Assembly (NCBI RefSeq): GCF_009914755.1
Contig: NC_060938.1
Strand: one strand, 5' to 3'
Source: the human T2T-CHM13v2.0 reference genome, Homo sapiens
DNA length: 64,000 nt
Position numbers and translations under genes: made by a program. Of this stretch, positions 1 to 14,960 are shown one piece after another (positions within the stretch are counted from its first letter, which is position 1; each line of letters opens with the position of its first letter). Under the pieces are notes generated by a model. The model was not told the DNA's origin and did no database searches. It saw only the letters and a list, made by a program, of their open reading frames with translations.

Positions 1-1268
1 ATAACTCTTTCTCTATAAAGTAAAAAATGGTGAGTAACTAAAATCTAAATAAGAAAAAAATACAAATTCATTAGTACTTCACTATTTAAAAACCATTATA
101 AAGTAAAAACACAGAATATCATGAGTATGCAAAACATTTAAATTTTGCTTAGCTGCTTCCCAAAGGAAAAGCAGACTTAACACTGTAGTCTGCTGAAAAA
201 GGATAGTGGATAGAAAAGAAGAGAAATAAAAAATAAAATAATTATTTGGAGAAAGAAGCAAAATCTGAAAAGATATGATAATGACTTACTGAAGTATATA
301 TGATAATGTGACCACTATATTTATCTTCTTTATACATTTTGAGATATAAAATATGTAGATAGATATATTTTCACACATACATCTTGTGTAGTGGGAAGAA
401 AGAAAGAGCTTTTGATATTTGGATAAAAAGCATTTCTGTACTTCTGTGTCATTTTGTGCACATTCCTAAGGTAACATCACAATGGACTATTTGTTTATTA
501 ATATGTCTTTTATTTTGATTGTCACTGCCCTAAGAGCAGGTAGCAGAATTTCTTATTTCTTATGAAATTGCTTATTATCTCCATGCTTCGTATCCATATT
601 AAATACCTATTAAATAAATTATTAAATCAATGAATACCAACCTGTCATATAGGAAATATTTCTTAATCCTAAATTCCTCTCAGTAACGGCCCATTTATAT
701 ATGCATATTTTAAGAAAAAGACATCCGATTAAGAGAAAATTTTGTATCTGGTCTCTTTGAAGTCAGCCTGGCATGAAAGCCTCTCTGAATTGCATGTTCA
801 CATTTATGATTTCCTAAGGAGGAAGTTATTCTATTGTGCTAACCAGACTTTGCATAGCTACTGATTATTAAGTAGATCCCAGATTGAGCATGATATTAAT
901 TCTTTTTACAAAGAACAATAATTTAATTTTATTGGGCAGAGATCTTGGCATACGTATCACATCCTATAGAGCAATAAACAATATAAAAAATGTCTTTCTC
1001 TTTTGATTAGATTTCAAAGGACTGAAAGCATCTTTGCTTCTATCGCCATCATTTGTTTATCATTGTCCTATTTTTATGTGTAAAAATTAGAAATCTATGA
1101 ACCAAAGATTGCATTTATTTTGAATTAAAGCAGAAGGGGGCATCTGCTCTATGACACCATGGAGTGCCAGACACAAACAGCAACCTAGGATATTGAGAAG
1201 AGCAGAGGATTTTGTCAGTGAGTTGATACAAATGCATTTTCTGATTTCTGGTGTTTACCAAATGTTCC

Positions 1269-1684
1269 TGCTATGGCTTCTTTGTCCTCTCCAAGCCTCA
1301 TGTTGGAATTTGATCCTAATGTTGGACATGGGCCAAATAGGAAGAGTTTGGTACATGGGAGAGGATTTCTCATGAATAGATTAATGTCATCCATTAATGG
1401 TGACTGAATTCTTGCTCCATTATATTCACATGAAAGCTGGTGGTTGAAAACAGCCTGAAACGACCTCTGTCCCCACTTCCTCTCTAGCCACGTATCTCTG
1501 AACATGCTGGCCCCTCTTTACCTTCTGCCATGAGTAGAGGCAACCTGAAGCCCTCAGCAGATGCAGATGCCAGTGTCATGCTTCTTGCACAGCCTGCAGA
1601 TCCATGAACCAAATAAATCTCTCTTCTGTATAAGTTACCCAACCTCAGGTATTTGTTTATGGCAACACCAAGTAGACTATGGCA
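1269..1684 (+). mobile_element. ERVL-MaLR solo LTR (MSTC/MSTD-like)
   Basis: Starts TGCTATGG and ends GACTATGGCA, with an internal AATAAA..TAAGTTACCCA..CTCAGGTATT block typical of MST/MLT1A. Flanked by a near-perfect 5-bp TSD (GTTCC 1264-1268 / GCTCC 1685-1689). Confidence 0.85.
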
Positions 1685-2440
1685 GCTCCTTATTCCTTTT
1701 TTTACAACCATATTGTCCACACTGGCTGAGTTGTCATCCTATCTTTCCAATTGATTAACAATATCCAAAATGAGAACAAGGTCATTACACTGCTTGGAGT
1801 AGATGCCAGAAACCCACAGTTGAATTCCAAATGTGCAAACCTCTGGGCTGACAGAGATGCTCATAGACCCATCTTTTTATGGTAGTTGTGCCAAAAGAAA
1901 AATCTAAAGAAGGCAGAGGAGTTCTGTTGAAACACTCACAGGAGTATGTTTCTTTTCTCTGGCAGAGCTTTTAGCTCTTTGCTGTGGTTTCTTCTCTGCG
2001 CTGATCTCATAAAATTTCCTTGATCTTTCTAAACCATTTAGAAAATATTGCTTATTTAAATCTTCAAACCTGTCATGTCAGGGACTGTTTTCATGACATG
2101 TGAGTATAAAGAAAAGTGTGATGTGGATGTGTATTTTTGTGCCCTTGTGCGTATGAGTATGTCAGGGATGGAGAAGGAAAGTTAGGTCAATAAAAACCAC
2201 ACTTTTATTAGGAGTGAACAAGCCTATCCTGTGGTTGCAGGTAAGGATATTTTACCATTTATCAGATTTGGGCCTCTTCTAGTCACAGGCCCTCAAACAT
2301 TACAATGAAGGAATTGGAACAGAGCAAATCTATTATGGATTTCAGTTCTGAACTTCTATAATCCTAACACATAGATACACAGTAAACCCTATTTTAAACT
2401 ATTTGACTCACTAAGAATTTTTCAGAGCTGATATTCTAGT

Positions 2441-2873
2441 AAGCTTACCCTTCAATAACATAGAGTTGAACTGCATGGGTCCACATTTACACAGATTTTC
2501 TTCCACCTCTGCTCCCCTAAAGCAACAAGATCAACCTTTCTTCTTCCTCCTCCTCTTTAGCCTACTCAACATGAATACAATGAAAATGAAGACATTTATG
2601 ATGATTCACTTCCACTTAATGACTAGGAAATATATTTTTTATTTCTGATTATATTTTAACAACATTTTCTTTGATCTATCTTTACTGTAAGAATACAGTA
2701 TATAATATATAACATACAAAATATGGTTATTCAACTGTTTATGTTATTGGTAAGGCTTCCAGTTAAGAGTAGGCTATCAGTAGTAAGTTTTTTGGGAGGG
2801 TCAAATTTATACAAGGATTTTCAACTGATAGGGGTTGCTACCTCTAAGTCCTGCATTGTTCAAGGGTCAACCG
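2441..2873 (+). mobile_element. TcMar-Tigger MITE (Tigger2a/MER28-like)
   Basis: Degenerate terminal inverted repeats (..CTTACCCTTCAATAACA / TGTTCAAGGGTCAACCG) flanked by TA. About 433 bp; the body resembles the Tigger2 ends. Confidence 0.8.
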
Positions 2874-4787
2874 TATTTTCCTGTAACACATCAATCCTAA
2901 GTGTCTACATGATTCAGACTGTGGGACTTGAGTAACTATGCTTGTTAGAAATACATTACTTGTCATTCACTGCTCTCTATGTCCTACCTTATAGTCATTT
3001 GTAAGCAATACTGATGTATTATTTGTATATCAGTGAGAATATTAACTATGCCTTTTTAATATTCATGCCTTTACAAACCTCCCTCTATTCCTGTGTTTGT
3101 ACTTAGCTGAGTAGAAAAAGCAAGCTGCGCGTGGATGAAATTTTATCACCTGGTAGAATTTGAGAGGTGGTATAGTCAGGGTAGGAATTTTTGAAATCAG
3201 AGAGATCTTGGCTTGAAATTTGCTATCCCACTCATTGGTTGTGGGGCTTGAGAAGATTGCCGATAGCATTGATATTAGGATTCTATGAAATAATCTAGGT
3301 ATATAATTTATTTACCTGCATGGTCTGTGTGGAGAGCAGAACAAGGCTAAAGTTTATTGAACTAAATCGGAAGCAAAAAAAAACAACAACAACAAATAAA
3401 AAACAATCCCTGCTTGCATTTGTCTGCAATGTGCAAATTTTATTGGGCAAATTGGAAAGGTCTGATGCCAAATTAAGGCAATTGGAGCTTAGAAAGGAGA
3501 AGAGCTAGGAAAAAGAGGACACTATTAGGATAATTTCTGCTATAGATTCAGTCAATATAAATGGCTCAATTCTTTTTCATTAAAAAAATCTGCAAAGGTT
3601 GTATTGTATTGATGTCTAAAGCAAATACATGGATCTTTTTGCAAATGGTCTCTGTGAAGGTTTTTACAAATGTTCTTCATTTTATCAATATAGAAACCAC
3701 AAGAGAAATTCCAAGGAAGGAAGCAAGGACAGGGTAGACATACAAACACTCAGATCTCACAGTAATACAGCAAGTGCTTTTTTAATACATCAGACCTATA
3801 GCCACATGAGAAGAATTCTAAATGCAAAATAGATATGTGAAAGAAGAATAAATAGAAGCTAGCAGGACTTCTAAGACAATATACGATAAAATATCCTGTC
3901 CTACTGTTTATGATTGTATACAGATACAGGGATTTTATGTGGAGCTGTATTAAACTAAACAACATTTTTAAAGCTGAAATAAAAGCAATGTTGTCTTATT
4001 AAGGGCTTATCCCTCTTTTACTGAAAGGTGTATGAAATAATACTTAACATCTGGATTTCTCCCTTAATTAGACTTTCTGTTGTAGAATCTTCCTTTCAGA
4101 GTTTGGGAAAGAGGAGAGCTCACATAAGCAACTTTAAACGCTAGGGTTGTGAGATCTCTAATCCATTTCCGTCTATTCGAGAATCCACCAGATTTATGGG
4201 ATGGGGTGTTGATCCAAGTATTTGTACTTTAGGTTCATCAGATGTAATGGAGGCATCATTTAAAGCCAGAGAAAATCAAATCTGACCTCAGAGCCTCTAT
4301 AATCTGCTCTAACAAGTACAGCATCCTCATCATTTAGATTTCTTAAACTTCAAGTTGGAGATAAAGCAACCTTCTCTAGGACATAGTATGTCAAACACAT
4401 ATCTGGTAGCATAGTACTCATTCTATATGATCTGTCTGTTTAATTTTCTGAAGCCTCATAAAAAATATAAGTGGTGGGGGGCTCATACCCAGTACATTAT
4501 GCCTTGGTATACTTTGGCTTCATTTCAGAAAATTATATATAACAAAAGAAACCATCTGATGGCCATTCTCATTCTCTTTGGTAAATGATTTTGACCATCC
4601 ACTGTAGTCTATCTGCTCAGACTTGCACACACTCTATTATTTTAAGTTCAAAAATATCTTGCACATTATAGTCATTCTTATGTTCACTATGTTTTTTCCA
4701 GCACTCAGAATAATGCCTATCACACAATAAGCACTTAGCAAATATTTTTAAATTCAGGTATACTTGATTTTTATAATCTTTCTTAAT

Positions 4788-5010
4788 GTGGACTCTGAAA
4801 ATCATGACCAGTTGAGTTTAAGCCCTAGACCAGATATTATATTGGACAAGTGACTTAACTTCCCTAAGATTCTGTTTCCTCACTAGTAAAACAGTGACAA
4901 TAAATGCCATCTTCCAAGACTTGTTGTATATAAATAAGTTAAAGGACATAAGACATTTCCATAGTACCTGAGAAACAACTGATTCATCAATAAGTGTTAA
5001 CTATTATTAC
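4788..5010 (+). mobile_element. MIR SINE
   Basis: MIR core TTGGACAAGTGACTTAACTTCCCTAAG..TCTGTTTCCTCACTAGTAAAA and tail TCAATAAGTGTTAACTATTATT. Confidence 0.75.
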
Positions 5011-7669
5011 TGTATGTTTTTATTTTTATATCTCCCATCACATATGTGTTACAGTTAATATCAGAGACAGATCAATATATGCTTTTCTTGAAAGAAGAGA
5101 AAAATAAAGAAAATATAAATATCACCTTTTAACATGAAAAATTCATAGAACTTTAGTTTTCCAGTGAAAGGTGGTATTTCTGAAAATACATTAAACTAGG
5201 AAGAGTTGGGACAGGTAATTTTTTTCAGTGAATACAAGTCAATGGTCCTACAGAGAAATAACACTTACCCAATTCTTCCCTAACAAATAGTAATAAAAGG
5301 AGAATTTGTGCATTTAAAAGTTGTACACTTAACTCCAAGACAACAAAAAACCTACCAACATTCCCTCCAAGAAACAGTGATAATTACCCAAGGCATTATT
5401 TTACTAAGGAGCTTAGAAATAACCTTGAGATGTTTCTAATACATTCCTGAGAACCAGCAAAAAAGATAAAACCTATTTGCTATCTAGGTCTGGTCTTATT
5501 TCTCCAAGTAGAGAATGTACGCAATTTGATTGTGGCCTGTAATTTTGTTTGCTCAAAATTAAGCAGAATATATCTTTAACTTTAAGCTGGATTATATAGG
5601 ATCATTCCAGAAGTGAATCAATGTTTGTGAAAATAATTCCAGACCTTTAATCTGATCTCAAGTTTTCTTTTCTCTTATCATTTCTGGTTATTTTTATGAG
5701 CATCAGCTGACCGGTTTAAAAATGCAAGTCTCTGTCTCAAGGTTTTGATTTGAAGATGTTTGTCTAATGACTTTCTTCATTCTGTTTTTACTCTTAGATG
5801 ATAAATCACAGTGATAAGCAAGATTTTTGTCATCACTCTGGAGTATTTTGAACAATCACTTAAACAAGAGCATAAATAGCATTGTGCGCTACAATATGTG
5901 CATTTTCGTTTTAAAATCATTGTGAATCATCTGATTGTTCATATACTATGATTGTGTATTTTAAGAAAATCATTTACTTGCTGTCACTTGCATTTTCCCA
6001 TTGATTTTGAAAGCTGATAATGGAAATGATGAACTTGCTTTCTTTAAACTGAAATTAGAATGATGACACTTGTATGTGCGACTATTTTGGAAGAATGGGT
6101 AGTTTTTGTTAGCTTCTAAATTGACGAAGTGAAGACAAAGAACATTCTAGCACTAGCTCAGCATTCGTTCATTCAGTTGTCAGTCATCTTTTCAAATTTT
6201 TCAGGACCATATTATGCCACAATATTTATATTTACAGACTTGTGATTATGTCACCACACTCACTGTGCCCTTTCTTATTTTATTTTTCAAATTGACTTGT
6301 AGAGGTATAGTCACTGAATTGCATTGCTGCTTTGTTTATAGCACTTTGAACTTATATCCAAGATGTAAGAGATTCTAAAATCTATCTTAATTCCGCAAGC
6401 AATATAGATTATCCTCAAAGTAGTATCATGTTAACATAAATAGCTTAACATAATTGGTTCTTGTATTTAAGACCCTGAAGTGTTAAGTGTGAAAAACCTC
6501 AAATCCAGATTTCTATAGATATTTATTTTACTCTGTGTCATATGTGTCTATATTTTAAGAATCTACCTCATGTCCCTTTCCCTTTGCATTTTTATGTAAA
6601 TAAATTCTGAGTGTAATGTGTTTATGAGTATTAAATGCCATGTGCTGGTCTCCTGTGCTATAATAAAGTACATCCATGCCTTCCGAATTTCTCTGGCAAC
6701 TGTCTCCGCATTCACTGTCTTCCAATCAGCATCTGCAAATGTAACCACTTAAATCTGATCCCCCTGTCTGAATCAGTTATTCAGATAAAAGGCAGCCAAG
6801 ATCTAAGCTCTGCTCCATGTGGGACCCTCTTAATACTTCCCCCCAGAATGAACATGGTTTCTCTTACCAGGAGTGTCTGTTTTTTGTTTCTTCCACTCAT
6901 TCTTTATCTACTCCCATGTCTCCTCCTGGATTCTTGCGAGCTTTGTCTTAAGCAGGAACCAATTATGCAGAATTTAACCAAAGGCTTTCTGAAATTCAAA
7001 CAGTCATAACATATGTACTGTCATTCTCAACACTGCTGGTACCACTTCAGATTGGAAAAGAAGTAAAATAAGCAGATATGTTTTCTAAAACTAAACTTAT
7101 CATTTCAGTTCTATTGTCTGGGCAAAAAATATATATATTAGTTAAATTCATGTGTTTTCAATCTTTATATATATACATACGTATGCTTTATAATGCTTAA
7201 GAGAATTCAGTAGAATTTTAGAACATTTACTTGATTGATTTATTTTCTTTGAATCATCTTTGAGCCAACAAACTATTCCGTTTTGTCCACTTTCTGTCAC
7301 AGTGAAATCTTAATAGCCGTATACAAGTAAAATTGTTTAAAAATGTTAATGCTCCAATACTGGTTTTTATGGTTACAGAAATTCTGAGGATTTACTTGTG
7401 GCTACTCTTAGAAATAAGCCAGACGTTTGAGTTAATACGCGTTCTTTGAAGCTACATTTTTTTCAACTCATTCTACTGTACCTCATTATTCTACTGTATA
7501 GAAAGCATGGACAGTGTTCATTTCATTCTTAAATGAGTTAGTAAGACTTTATTTGGTATCATTACAATGGCTACATTTTCTTAGCTTGAATTTGATTCAG
7601 GGACAAGAGTGGCATGTAAGCTTATTCTGTTAAGTATTTAACAGATTTCTCAACCAACGACATGGAGCT

Positions 7670-7900
7670 GTTAGTGAGCACTTGATATGTGCATTATGAA
7701 CTTTATCTACAATATCATATTTATTTTTATCCTCACAGTCTTTTCAAGCTGATGTCATCATTTCAGATGAAAAACTGAAATTTAGAAAGTCTTAGTAACC
7801 TGCATCATGTCTCACACAGCCAAAGTATTGAAGCTTGGATTCAAATACCAGAATCATCTGAATCTAAATGATATTCTTAACCACTCACTCTACACTGCTC
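7670..7900 (-). mobile_element. MIR SINE
   Basis: Reverse MIR core (TTTCAGATGAAAAACTGA..GTAACCTG..GGATTCAAA..TCTTAACCACT). Confidence 0.7.
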
Positions 7901-8135
7901 CAGAAAATAGATACACATACAAGAGCCGAAAAGAAAGGTAGCCTCTCAAGAAAAATCTCAGTCATGAACCCCAAATTCAGAAACCCTGCTCTAAATTAAA
8001 GAGAAAGTTAAAGGAGACCTTGAGATTTCTTTTGGGTTCGCCACCATAGTTTACAAGGAAAGGAAAGGACAGGAAATAGGAAACTGAGACAGAAACTCGA
8101 TCTTGGAAATTATCATTGTTTTTTTAGCTAGAGAA

Positions 8136-8315
8136 GATGTTGACAACTTTTTCTTAAGCCGTATAGTAAATATTTTAACGTTTGTGGATCATGATGTAGT
8201 CTCTGTTGGAACTACTCAGTTGTGCTGTTTTAGGTGAAAGACATAAACGAGGAAAAGAATGAGTGTGACCAGATTTAACCTGCAGTGGTTCCCACTAGCT
8301 ACGTTTGCTTACCCT
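8136..8315. mobile_element. hAT-Charlie MITE relic (MER58A-like)
   Basis: AACTTTTTCT..ATAGTAAATATTTTA..TTTGTGG..GTCTCTGTTGGAACTACTCA matches the MER58 pattern. Confidence 0.6.
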
Positions 8316-10734
8316 TTGAGTACAGCATACAATATACTGCATTTTATAGGACCCCAGGTTTTGTAATCAGAATACAGGAGCAGGTGCAGGAGAAAAATCA
8401 TGGTTATAGGCTTACTGCTTACTCTCCTCTCTGTTACAGTCTCTCAATTATTATTTATTAATATGTTGTATCAAGAATAAGGGTTTCTTAAGGGAGCTGT
8501 GTTACCATCATCAGAGATCATACTATGACAACTAAGTCTACTCTGGTGAGGAAGATAAGTATCAGTTACTAGATGGTAAATGTAGAGCTTCTCAGGTACT
8601 AACAGTATAATATTTAGTGTGAGTGCTGGGTAGTGACAAGTTCTGGAAGAAATTAGTCACACAGTTGCAAGGTCATTATTAGATTTTTGGAAGGAAGGAT
8701 AACATAAATGTTCAAGTAAAGAATTCCACGTGGAGATGTAGAAACGTTAGTGGAAATATTAGAAATTATACCGTGAAATGGTGTTTGACAGTAGGGTTTT
8801 AAAATGGTCAACATGCAGCCAGTAGAGAAACAAAAAAAAAAAGTTGAAATAAAGATGTGAGACCCAAAAATGGCAAGTGAAGATGACAATTCTTTTTTAA
8901 TGTAAAAATGTTGTTATATAAAATAGACATTTTAAGTAATTCACTTTGAATGAAGCATCTTAAGAAAAAATGCATATGTTTAGTCTTTTCCACCTCCAAA
9001 TGTAGGTCAAGAATAAAGTATTTGGTGATGGGAGGGTAGGAGAGATGGGATAACCATTGCATAAAATTTACACATGCAAGAATGTTAATGTGATAAAACT
9101 GTTACACAATACCAGTCTCTTGTTGCTTCACCAAACCTTATCCTGACTTTATCCATTTTTATGGCCTCCTCCTCTTTTTCACCCAATCAGATCTCTGGTC
9201 AAATGATTGTGAACATGTTATAGGTTTCTCATTAGACTTAATTAGTTTCCCTCAAACTTATGAATACTGCCCAGGCATCTTCTGTATTATTTGGACCCAA
9301 AAAGCAGAAAGGGAGCCACATCCCTAATGTCTTTCTGGTTTGTCATTAATATAAACAAAATATTCAGAACTATTATTTTTAGTGGGCGTTCATTCAGATG
9401 TTCAAGAACATAGAGATATTTCCATTTTACCTAAAGGAAAAAATATATCTGCTATATAATACTAAAGATAGAACTTAATTGAGCCTATCAGATGATGATG
9501 AAGAAACAGTGCAACATTTCAGATGATTTAACTGCATGCTTTGTGCTCAGCCTTTTTCCCTCAGCACCCTGTGGATTTCTTCTACAGCCATTCCCGTCTT
9601 TGAAGTCAGTGGGAGCTCTGAGCCTAGAAATGTCACCCAGAGTACAGAAAGGCACAAGGACAAGTCTATTTGACTTTGTGTCCTCACAAGGATCATGGAG
9701 TGGTTAAATTAGTAAGCAGGAGGAAAAAAAAATCCTAAACTTAGTCAAATGCAAAACAAGCATTTCTCTTTCTTCTTCTTTTTTTTTTTTTTTTGAAGTT
9801 CAATGTTGTTTCCTTTACTTTTTTTTACATTATGTGTTTTTACCTTTGCCCTTCCTGTTTCCAACAGTGATTAGAAGTACTGAAAACTCTTCAGAAAGTA
9901 TGTTCTGTTGATATTTCTAACAGGGACTGGAGCAAAAAGTATGACTTATGAACCTCTGCCCCTTTGATGCGCTATCACTAAAGCTGGGAGTGCAAAATGT
10001 GAATGTCTCAAGCTTACATTAGCTCTCAAGGGATTGCCAAGACCAAGCAGTCATTGATGGGATTTCAAAAGATGAATAACCAAGCAGACTCCTTTAGTAT
10101 GCATTAGCACTAATAATTAGTAGAGATCTTTACCCACGCTTTTCTTAAGGCAGAAACATTTAATGTCTTCCTTTAATCATGTATGATTTTCAACAAGTAT
10201 CATTTATTAAAATATTTTGAATCCTTAAATAAGAAAGATGTCTTATAAATACTTAGCATATGGCCCATCACTACATGTTAATAAGCTGTTAGTATTTATT
10301 AAACATACGATTACTGCCTTATTAAAATAAAAGTTAATGCCAATTGGAGATAGTTAATTTAATGTATTACTACTTTGGCTAGTTAATATCAACCTCTCCC
10401 ATGCGTTCCAATAGATGAATAAGAAATTTAATTACTGTATATTAAAATTTTCTGGACAGTTTACTTTTATTGCACTATAGGATTTACTTTCTCTTTTAAT
10501 CTTCTTTGACTTTCCTAAACCTTTATCAATTTACTTGGTAATTTTTCAATCACATAAGCACAGGATATTTTCTTTGGCTATGCAGTCAAGGAAAACACCT
10601 GGTGCATAGTGAACTGATAGGTGGATTTTGATGGGGTTCAACTAAATTTATTTTAATTCAATAGATGTTATGAACCTTGTTTACATGCAAGAAACTATGC
10701 TAAACATTTTGGGGATAGAGAAAGAGACCTGAAA

Positions 10735-10846
10735 GGAGCCAATCAACTTTTCTGGTTTGCTCAGACCTCATGGGTACATAGATATAGAAAGTTAGTGTTA
10801 AAACAGAAAATTCCAGGCAAACCAGGATGAATTTTTTTTTTACCCT
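10735..10846. mobile_element. hAT MITE relic (MER94-like) inside an L2 fragment
   Basis: Inverted CTGGTTTGC / GCAAACCAG arms, central AGTGTTAAAACAGAAAA and terminal ACCCT. Confidence 0.55.
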
Positions 10847-11169
10847 GGAAGCCTATTCTTAGACACTTACCTCAAGGAGAAAAAGACAATACATGAATAA
10901 AGAATATATGTCATAACATGAATTTTTACCGAATGGCCCAGGTATACATTACTTCTGGGTAAGCAGTCAGGCAGATACTGCTACAGCTGTTTTGTCAATA
11001 TTGATAATAATAATCACGATTTTGACTTTATGTTTTAATGCAAAACCATATAAAAATATGATAATTATGATACTCTTCTGAGAATTCTGAAATGCTGAGT
11101 AGCTAAAAAAGTTGCACTGCGTTTTCCTTATCTGTAATTTCTTGGTGCAGAAAATTATAAACATTAAGA

Positions 11170-11452
11170 AAACTTGAGTAACATCTTTACTGCCTAGTGC
11201 TTTATGCTGTTGAGAGAATTTCCTTATTTAATTCTTTTAGTGATTCTGCAGGTTATACATGAATTAATTCATTCAACTACAAAACCACAAGAGAGGTCCC
11301 ATTTTTATTTCCATTTTACATATAGGAATGCTGAGACTTAGGAAAATTATGTAATTTGTCCAAGGTCAAACATGTAAATCACAGCCAGGATTTTAACTTG
11401 AGCAGTCTAGCTTTAAAGCCCAAGTTCTTAACCATAATATTCCTGCCTTCCT
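11170..11452 (-). mobile_element. MIR SINE
   Basis: CCATTTTACATATAGGAATGCTGAGACTTAG..GTAATTTGTCCAAGGTCA..CAGTCTAGCTTTAAAGCCC..TCTTAACCA. Confidence 0.75.
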
Positions 11453-13542
11453 GAGGCAGTGCTCGAATTGGCATTACCCAATTTAATTAGAAACTCATCA
11501 TCAATAGGGTTATCTCATCCCTATATCTAGAACTGGCACAGCAAACTAGTTACAGGAGGGAGCTGGCTTTTCTAACTTTTAGTCTGATTATCTTTCTGTT
11601 ATCCCACAGTATCTCTTTAAAAAAAAACTTTACTTTTTCTCACACCAAACATAATATTAAGCCACATAACAGCATATTATTTATCCATTCGCTAGATTAT
11701 AGACAAAGTAGTGTTGGGTAATAAAAAAGGACTTTTGGAAAATATCACTTTCTTGGCATTGATAATGTGGCAGGGGGGAGGAAGTGTTTGTTTGGATTCA
11801 TTTTATTTTAGATTTATTTTTTTTGGAAAGCTGTAGTATATAGACATAAGCTTCATCTAAATAAAGAAAAATAAATAAATAAATAAAGGGTTGTCGTGCC
11901 AGTTGAAGCAGGTGAGCAAGATTTAGGTCTCCAATTGCTTGATGTCCCTGTTTCTTTTTATTACCCGGAAGGTAGAATGACCTAGAGTTCTGACCAGCAT
12001 GGCTTAAGAACCATCCCTATAAATTCTAGAGACATAACATCTATGGTTCCATCTCAGTGAAATAATGGAGAAGGAGCTCACAGATCTGACAGGATTTGAT
12101 TTAGGGATTAAAGCATAGCAGTCTTTCATTAATTCCATATAGGACAGTCATTTTATTATGTGTGGATGGCCAGCAATCAAAGCTATTGAACAGAATCAGG
12201 ACATATGCATTGAGTAATCATGACAGAGATAAAAGGGTGTGAGATTGTAGACGACTGGCAGGTGACATCATTTCTTATGGATTTCTTGCCAAACAATATT
12301 TGCTATAAACAGTAAACCAGAGGGAGAAAGCTTGGTTAGTCCTCGAAATAGGCACAACACACATGAAAGTTGGTTTGCAAAGAGATGTAAATGATGATCA
12401 CATTTCAAGTCTTTGCTCAACTCTAACGTACTTGACATAGATACTTGTCTTGATCAACTCATAGATACTTGACATACACCTTTGAACTATAAGAAAAAAA
12501 GAATTGAAACATTTGATTTTATTATCTTAGAAAATTGTATGGTCCATTCAAACCACTTGGTATAACTACCTGAGAATTCACATAAATGTATAAAAAGACA
12601 AAATAATACAAGATATTGTTAAGTGACATGGCATCTTGATGATGTCTGCAGATTTCTGTGAGTTGTCAACAGCAGGTAATAATGTGACACAGATCCTTGT
12701 ATAATAACCACTTTATTTAAATAACAAAGTCCCCATTAAAGACTCTAAATGAGTTCAGCATGTATCATCCAAATCCCAATTTATGTCTCTGGTCATTAAC
12801 CAATCATAGCTACCAGAGTAGGTAACATCAAGGTTTTTAGGACAGTATAATTATTTTTTACTGGGTTACATTTCTTAACATTAAGAAGACTAAAATTAAG
12901 TAGGAAAATATTTAAAATAATTTAATCTGGGATATTTATATTTGGATTTTAGAATATTCTATATATATTTGGTGATTTCAGGATAAATCTTGTAATTCTG
13001 CTTTTAATAATGTTGAGCAATCTGATATCAACTTTATGTTGAAGTCTAATAATGTGTGCATATATATAAACATGAGTTAAGAGAATATCAAATTATTCAT
13101 ATCGTATCATATAAATTCATAAAATTCACTTAAGTACATGAGATGATCTATTTTCAATTAGATAATGTAAGTATTTAATAAGAAAATAGAATGAAATCAT
13201 TCTATTAAGCCAGTTTAAAATGTTAACATGTATATTTAAATGTGTTTGTAAATAAAACAAACATTTATCAAGGACTCTTAAAAGTTATTAACATTTGCAA
13301 GACTTAATAATAAAAATTTTAAAAAATGATTGGCTTTAGGACGTTCAATTTTAACAAATTTGATATTGAATAATTAAAGTATTTATGAACAGAAAACCAC
13401 CATTGAGGTTATCAAAACTCACATTGACATTAGGGAAATGAAATACCTTCTCTATAAATACAAGTGCCTTCTATAGTACTTAGTACTTATGGAACAACTT
13501 CAAAAGATGCAGAGATAGCTATACTGAAAATATGAAAATAAC

Positions 13543-13715
13543 AGCTGGGCATGGTGTTGTGCACCTGTAGTCCTAACTACTCAGGAGGCTGAGACACGGG
13601 ATCACTTCAACCCAAGGGTTCAAGGTTACAGTGAACTATAATCTTGCCACTGTACTCCAGCCTGAGTGACAGAGAAAGACACAGTCTCTAACAATAATAA
13701 AAAATTAAATATAAA
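13543..13715 (+). mobile_element. Alu right monomer (FRAM or 5'-truncated AluJ)
   Basis: GCTGGGCATGGTG..CCTGTAGTCCTAACTACTCAGGAGGCTGAG..CCAGCCTG followed by an A-rich tail; no left arm. Confidence 0.85.
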
Positions 13716-14896
13716 TAGGAATATTTTAAAATATAAAGCTATTCTGCGATTTAAGCCTCCATGAAAACTAAGTAAAGGTTGTGTATTTAGAGATTTCATG
13801 TGACTCTATGCATGATAATTTTTCAAGCATCTTCTTCTTTGAACAACTAGGAGATGGAATTATGAGGGGAGTCAGGGTGAATACAGTTGCTTGGAAGACG
13901 TTTCCATGGCTTAATGGACTACTTCACACACTGCATAACAAACGCCCTTGTCTGTTTTTCACAATTCTCATGCCACCTCTAAAAACAAAGTGATTGAGAT
14001 ATTTCACACTGTAATTAACAAGTGGATGATGATTCCAGCCTTAATTTCATTTGATTGAACAGTTATGGTGCTCATGATTGAAAGTAAGTGTGGGCCATAT
14101 AGTTAACACTAGATTAGCATTTTGTCCCACTTGAGGAGTGAAGTGGGAGGGAGGGACTAGTGTCTGGCTGCTTATATTACAATCATCTGTTATTCCTCAA
14201 GACTGCCAGGAAAGTAGCAGTTCTAGGATACTGTGAATGATTGAATAATCATCTATCATTCTTAGAAAGATTCATAAAGGAGATGTTTGGGGCTGATTTT
14301 ATTAAGCAGCCATGTACACTACATGGCCTAATAGTATAATTTGACAACCAAATTTGAAAGTCATTTTGTTTCCTGAATAGTGTGGACCTCTCTGGAGGCA
14401 AGCAAATCCTACACATTCGTAGCTACCACAGAGGCAAAAGTACTCATTTGTGAGAACTACATCAAGGCAACCATTGGGGGTTTTCTTGAAAATGAAACAT
14501 TTGCAGCCAGTTGACATTGCAGAAGGTTGGGTTGAGCAAACTGTATCAAGAGAGAAGTGTTTGCTGACAGTTTGACAAAAGGACATGTTGCTTTTGCTTT
14601 ACCAGAGGAGAGGTTAGGCGTTACAGCACCACTCCCAATGAGACCTTGGGGTATTGCATAGCTATCCATTCACAGCTTTCACAGTGATGAATGAGGTCTT
14701 AGCAGATGCCTTGCAGAGAGGGTTAGAGAGGAATAGATTCCTCATATGTCGGCCCTTTTCCCCTCAGATTGGGTGAGGCAGATGATTAGAGAAAGTAGAG
14801 TCTGGGTAGTTTAATAAAACCCATCTGCTTTAGCTTTTAATAGAACAGCCTTGCAGAAGGTCTTGAAAAGTAAAAGCAATTTAATTGTAAGAAATC

Positions 14897-14960
14897 ATAT
14901 ATATATGATACATATATGACATATATGTATCATATATATGACACACACATACACATGCAT
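14897..14960. repeat. (AT)/(AC) compound microsatellite
   Basis: CATATATATATGATACATATATGACATATATG..ACACACACATACACATGCAT. Confidence 0.8.

Noticed and set aside
6635-7009. 124-aa ATG-initiated ORF in non-repeat sequence
   Set aside because: No recognisable homology or domain, and its L/C/S-rich composition is typical of random pyrimidine-rich DNA.
2238-11920. Isolated strong splice-donor matches (e.g. CAG/GTAAGG at ~2240 on +, GAG/GTAAGT at ~10868 on -, CAG/GTGAGC at ~11911 on +)
   Set aside because: I saw no convincing paired acceptor or reading frame; such matches are expected by chance in 64 kb.
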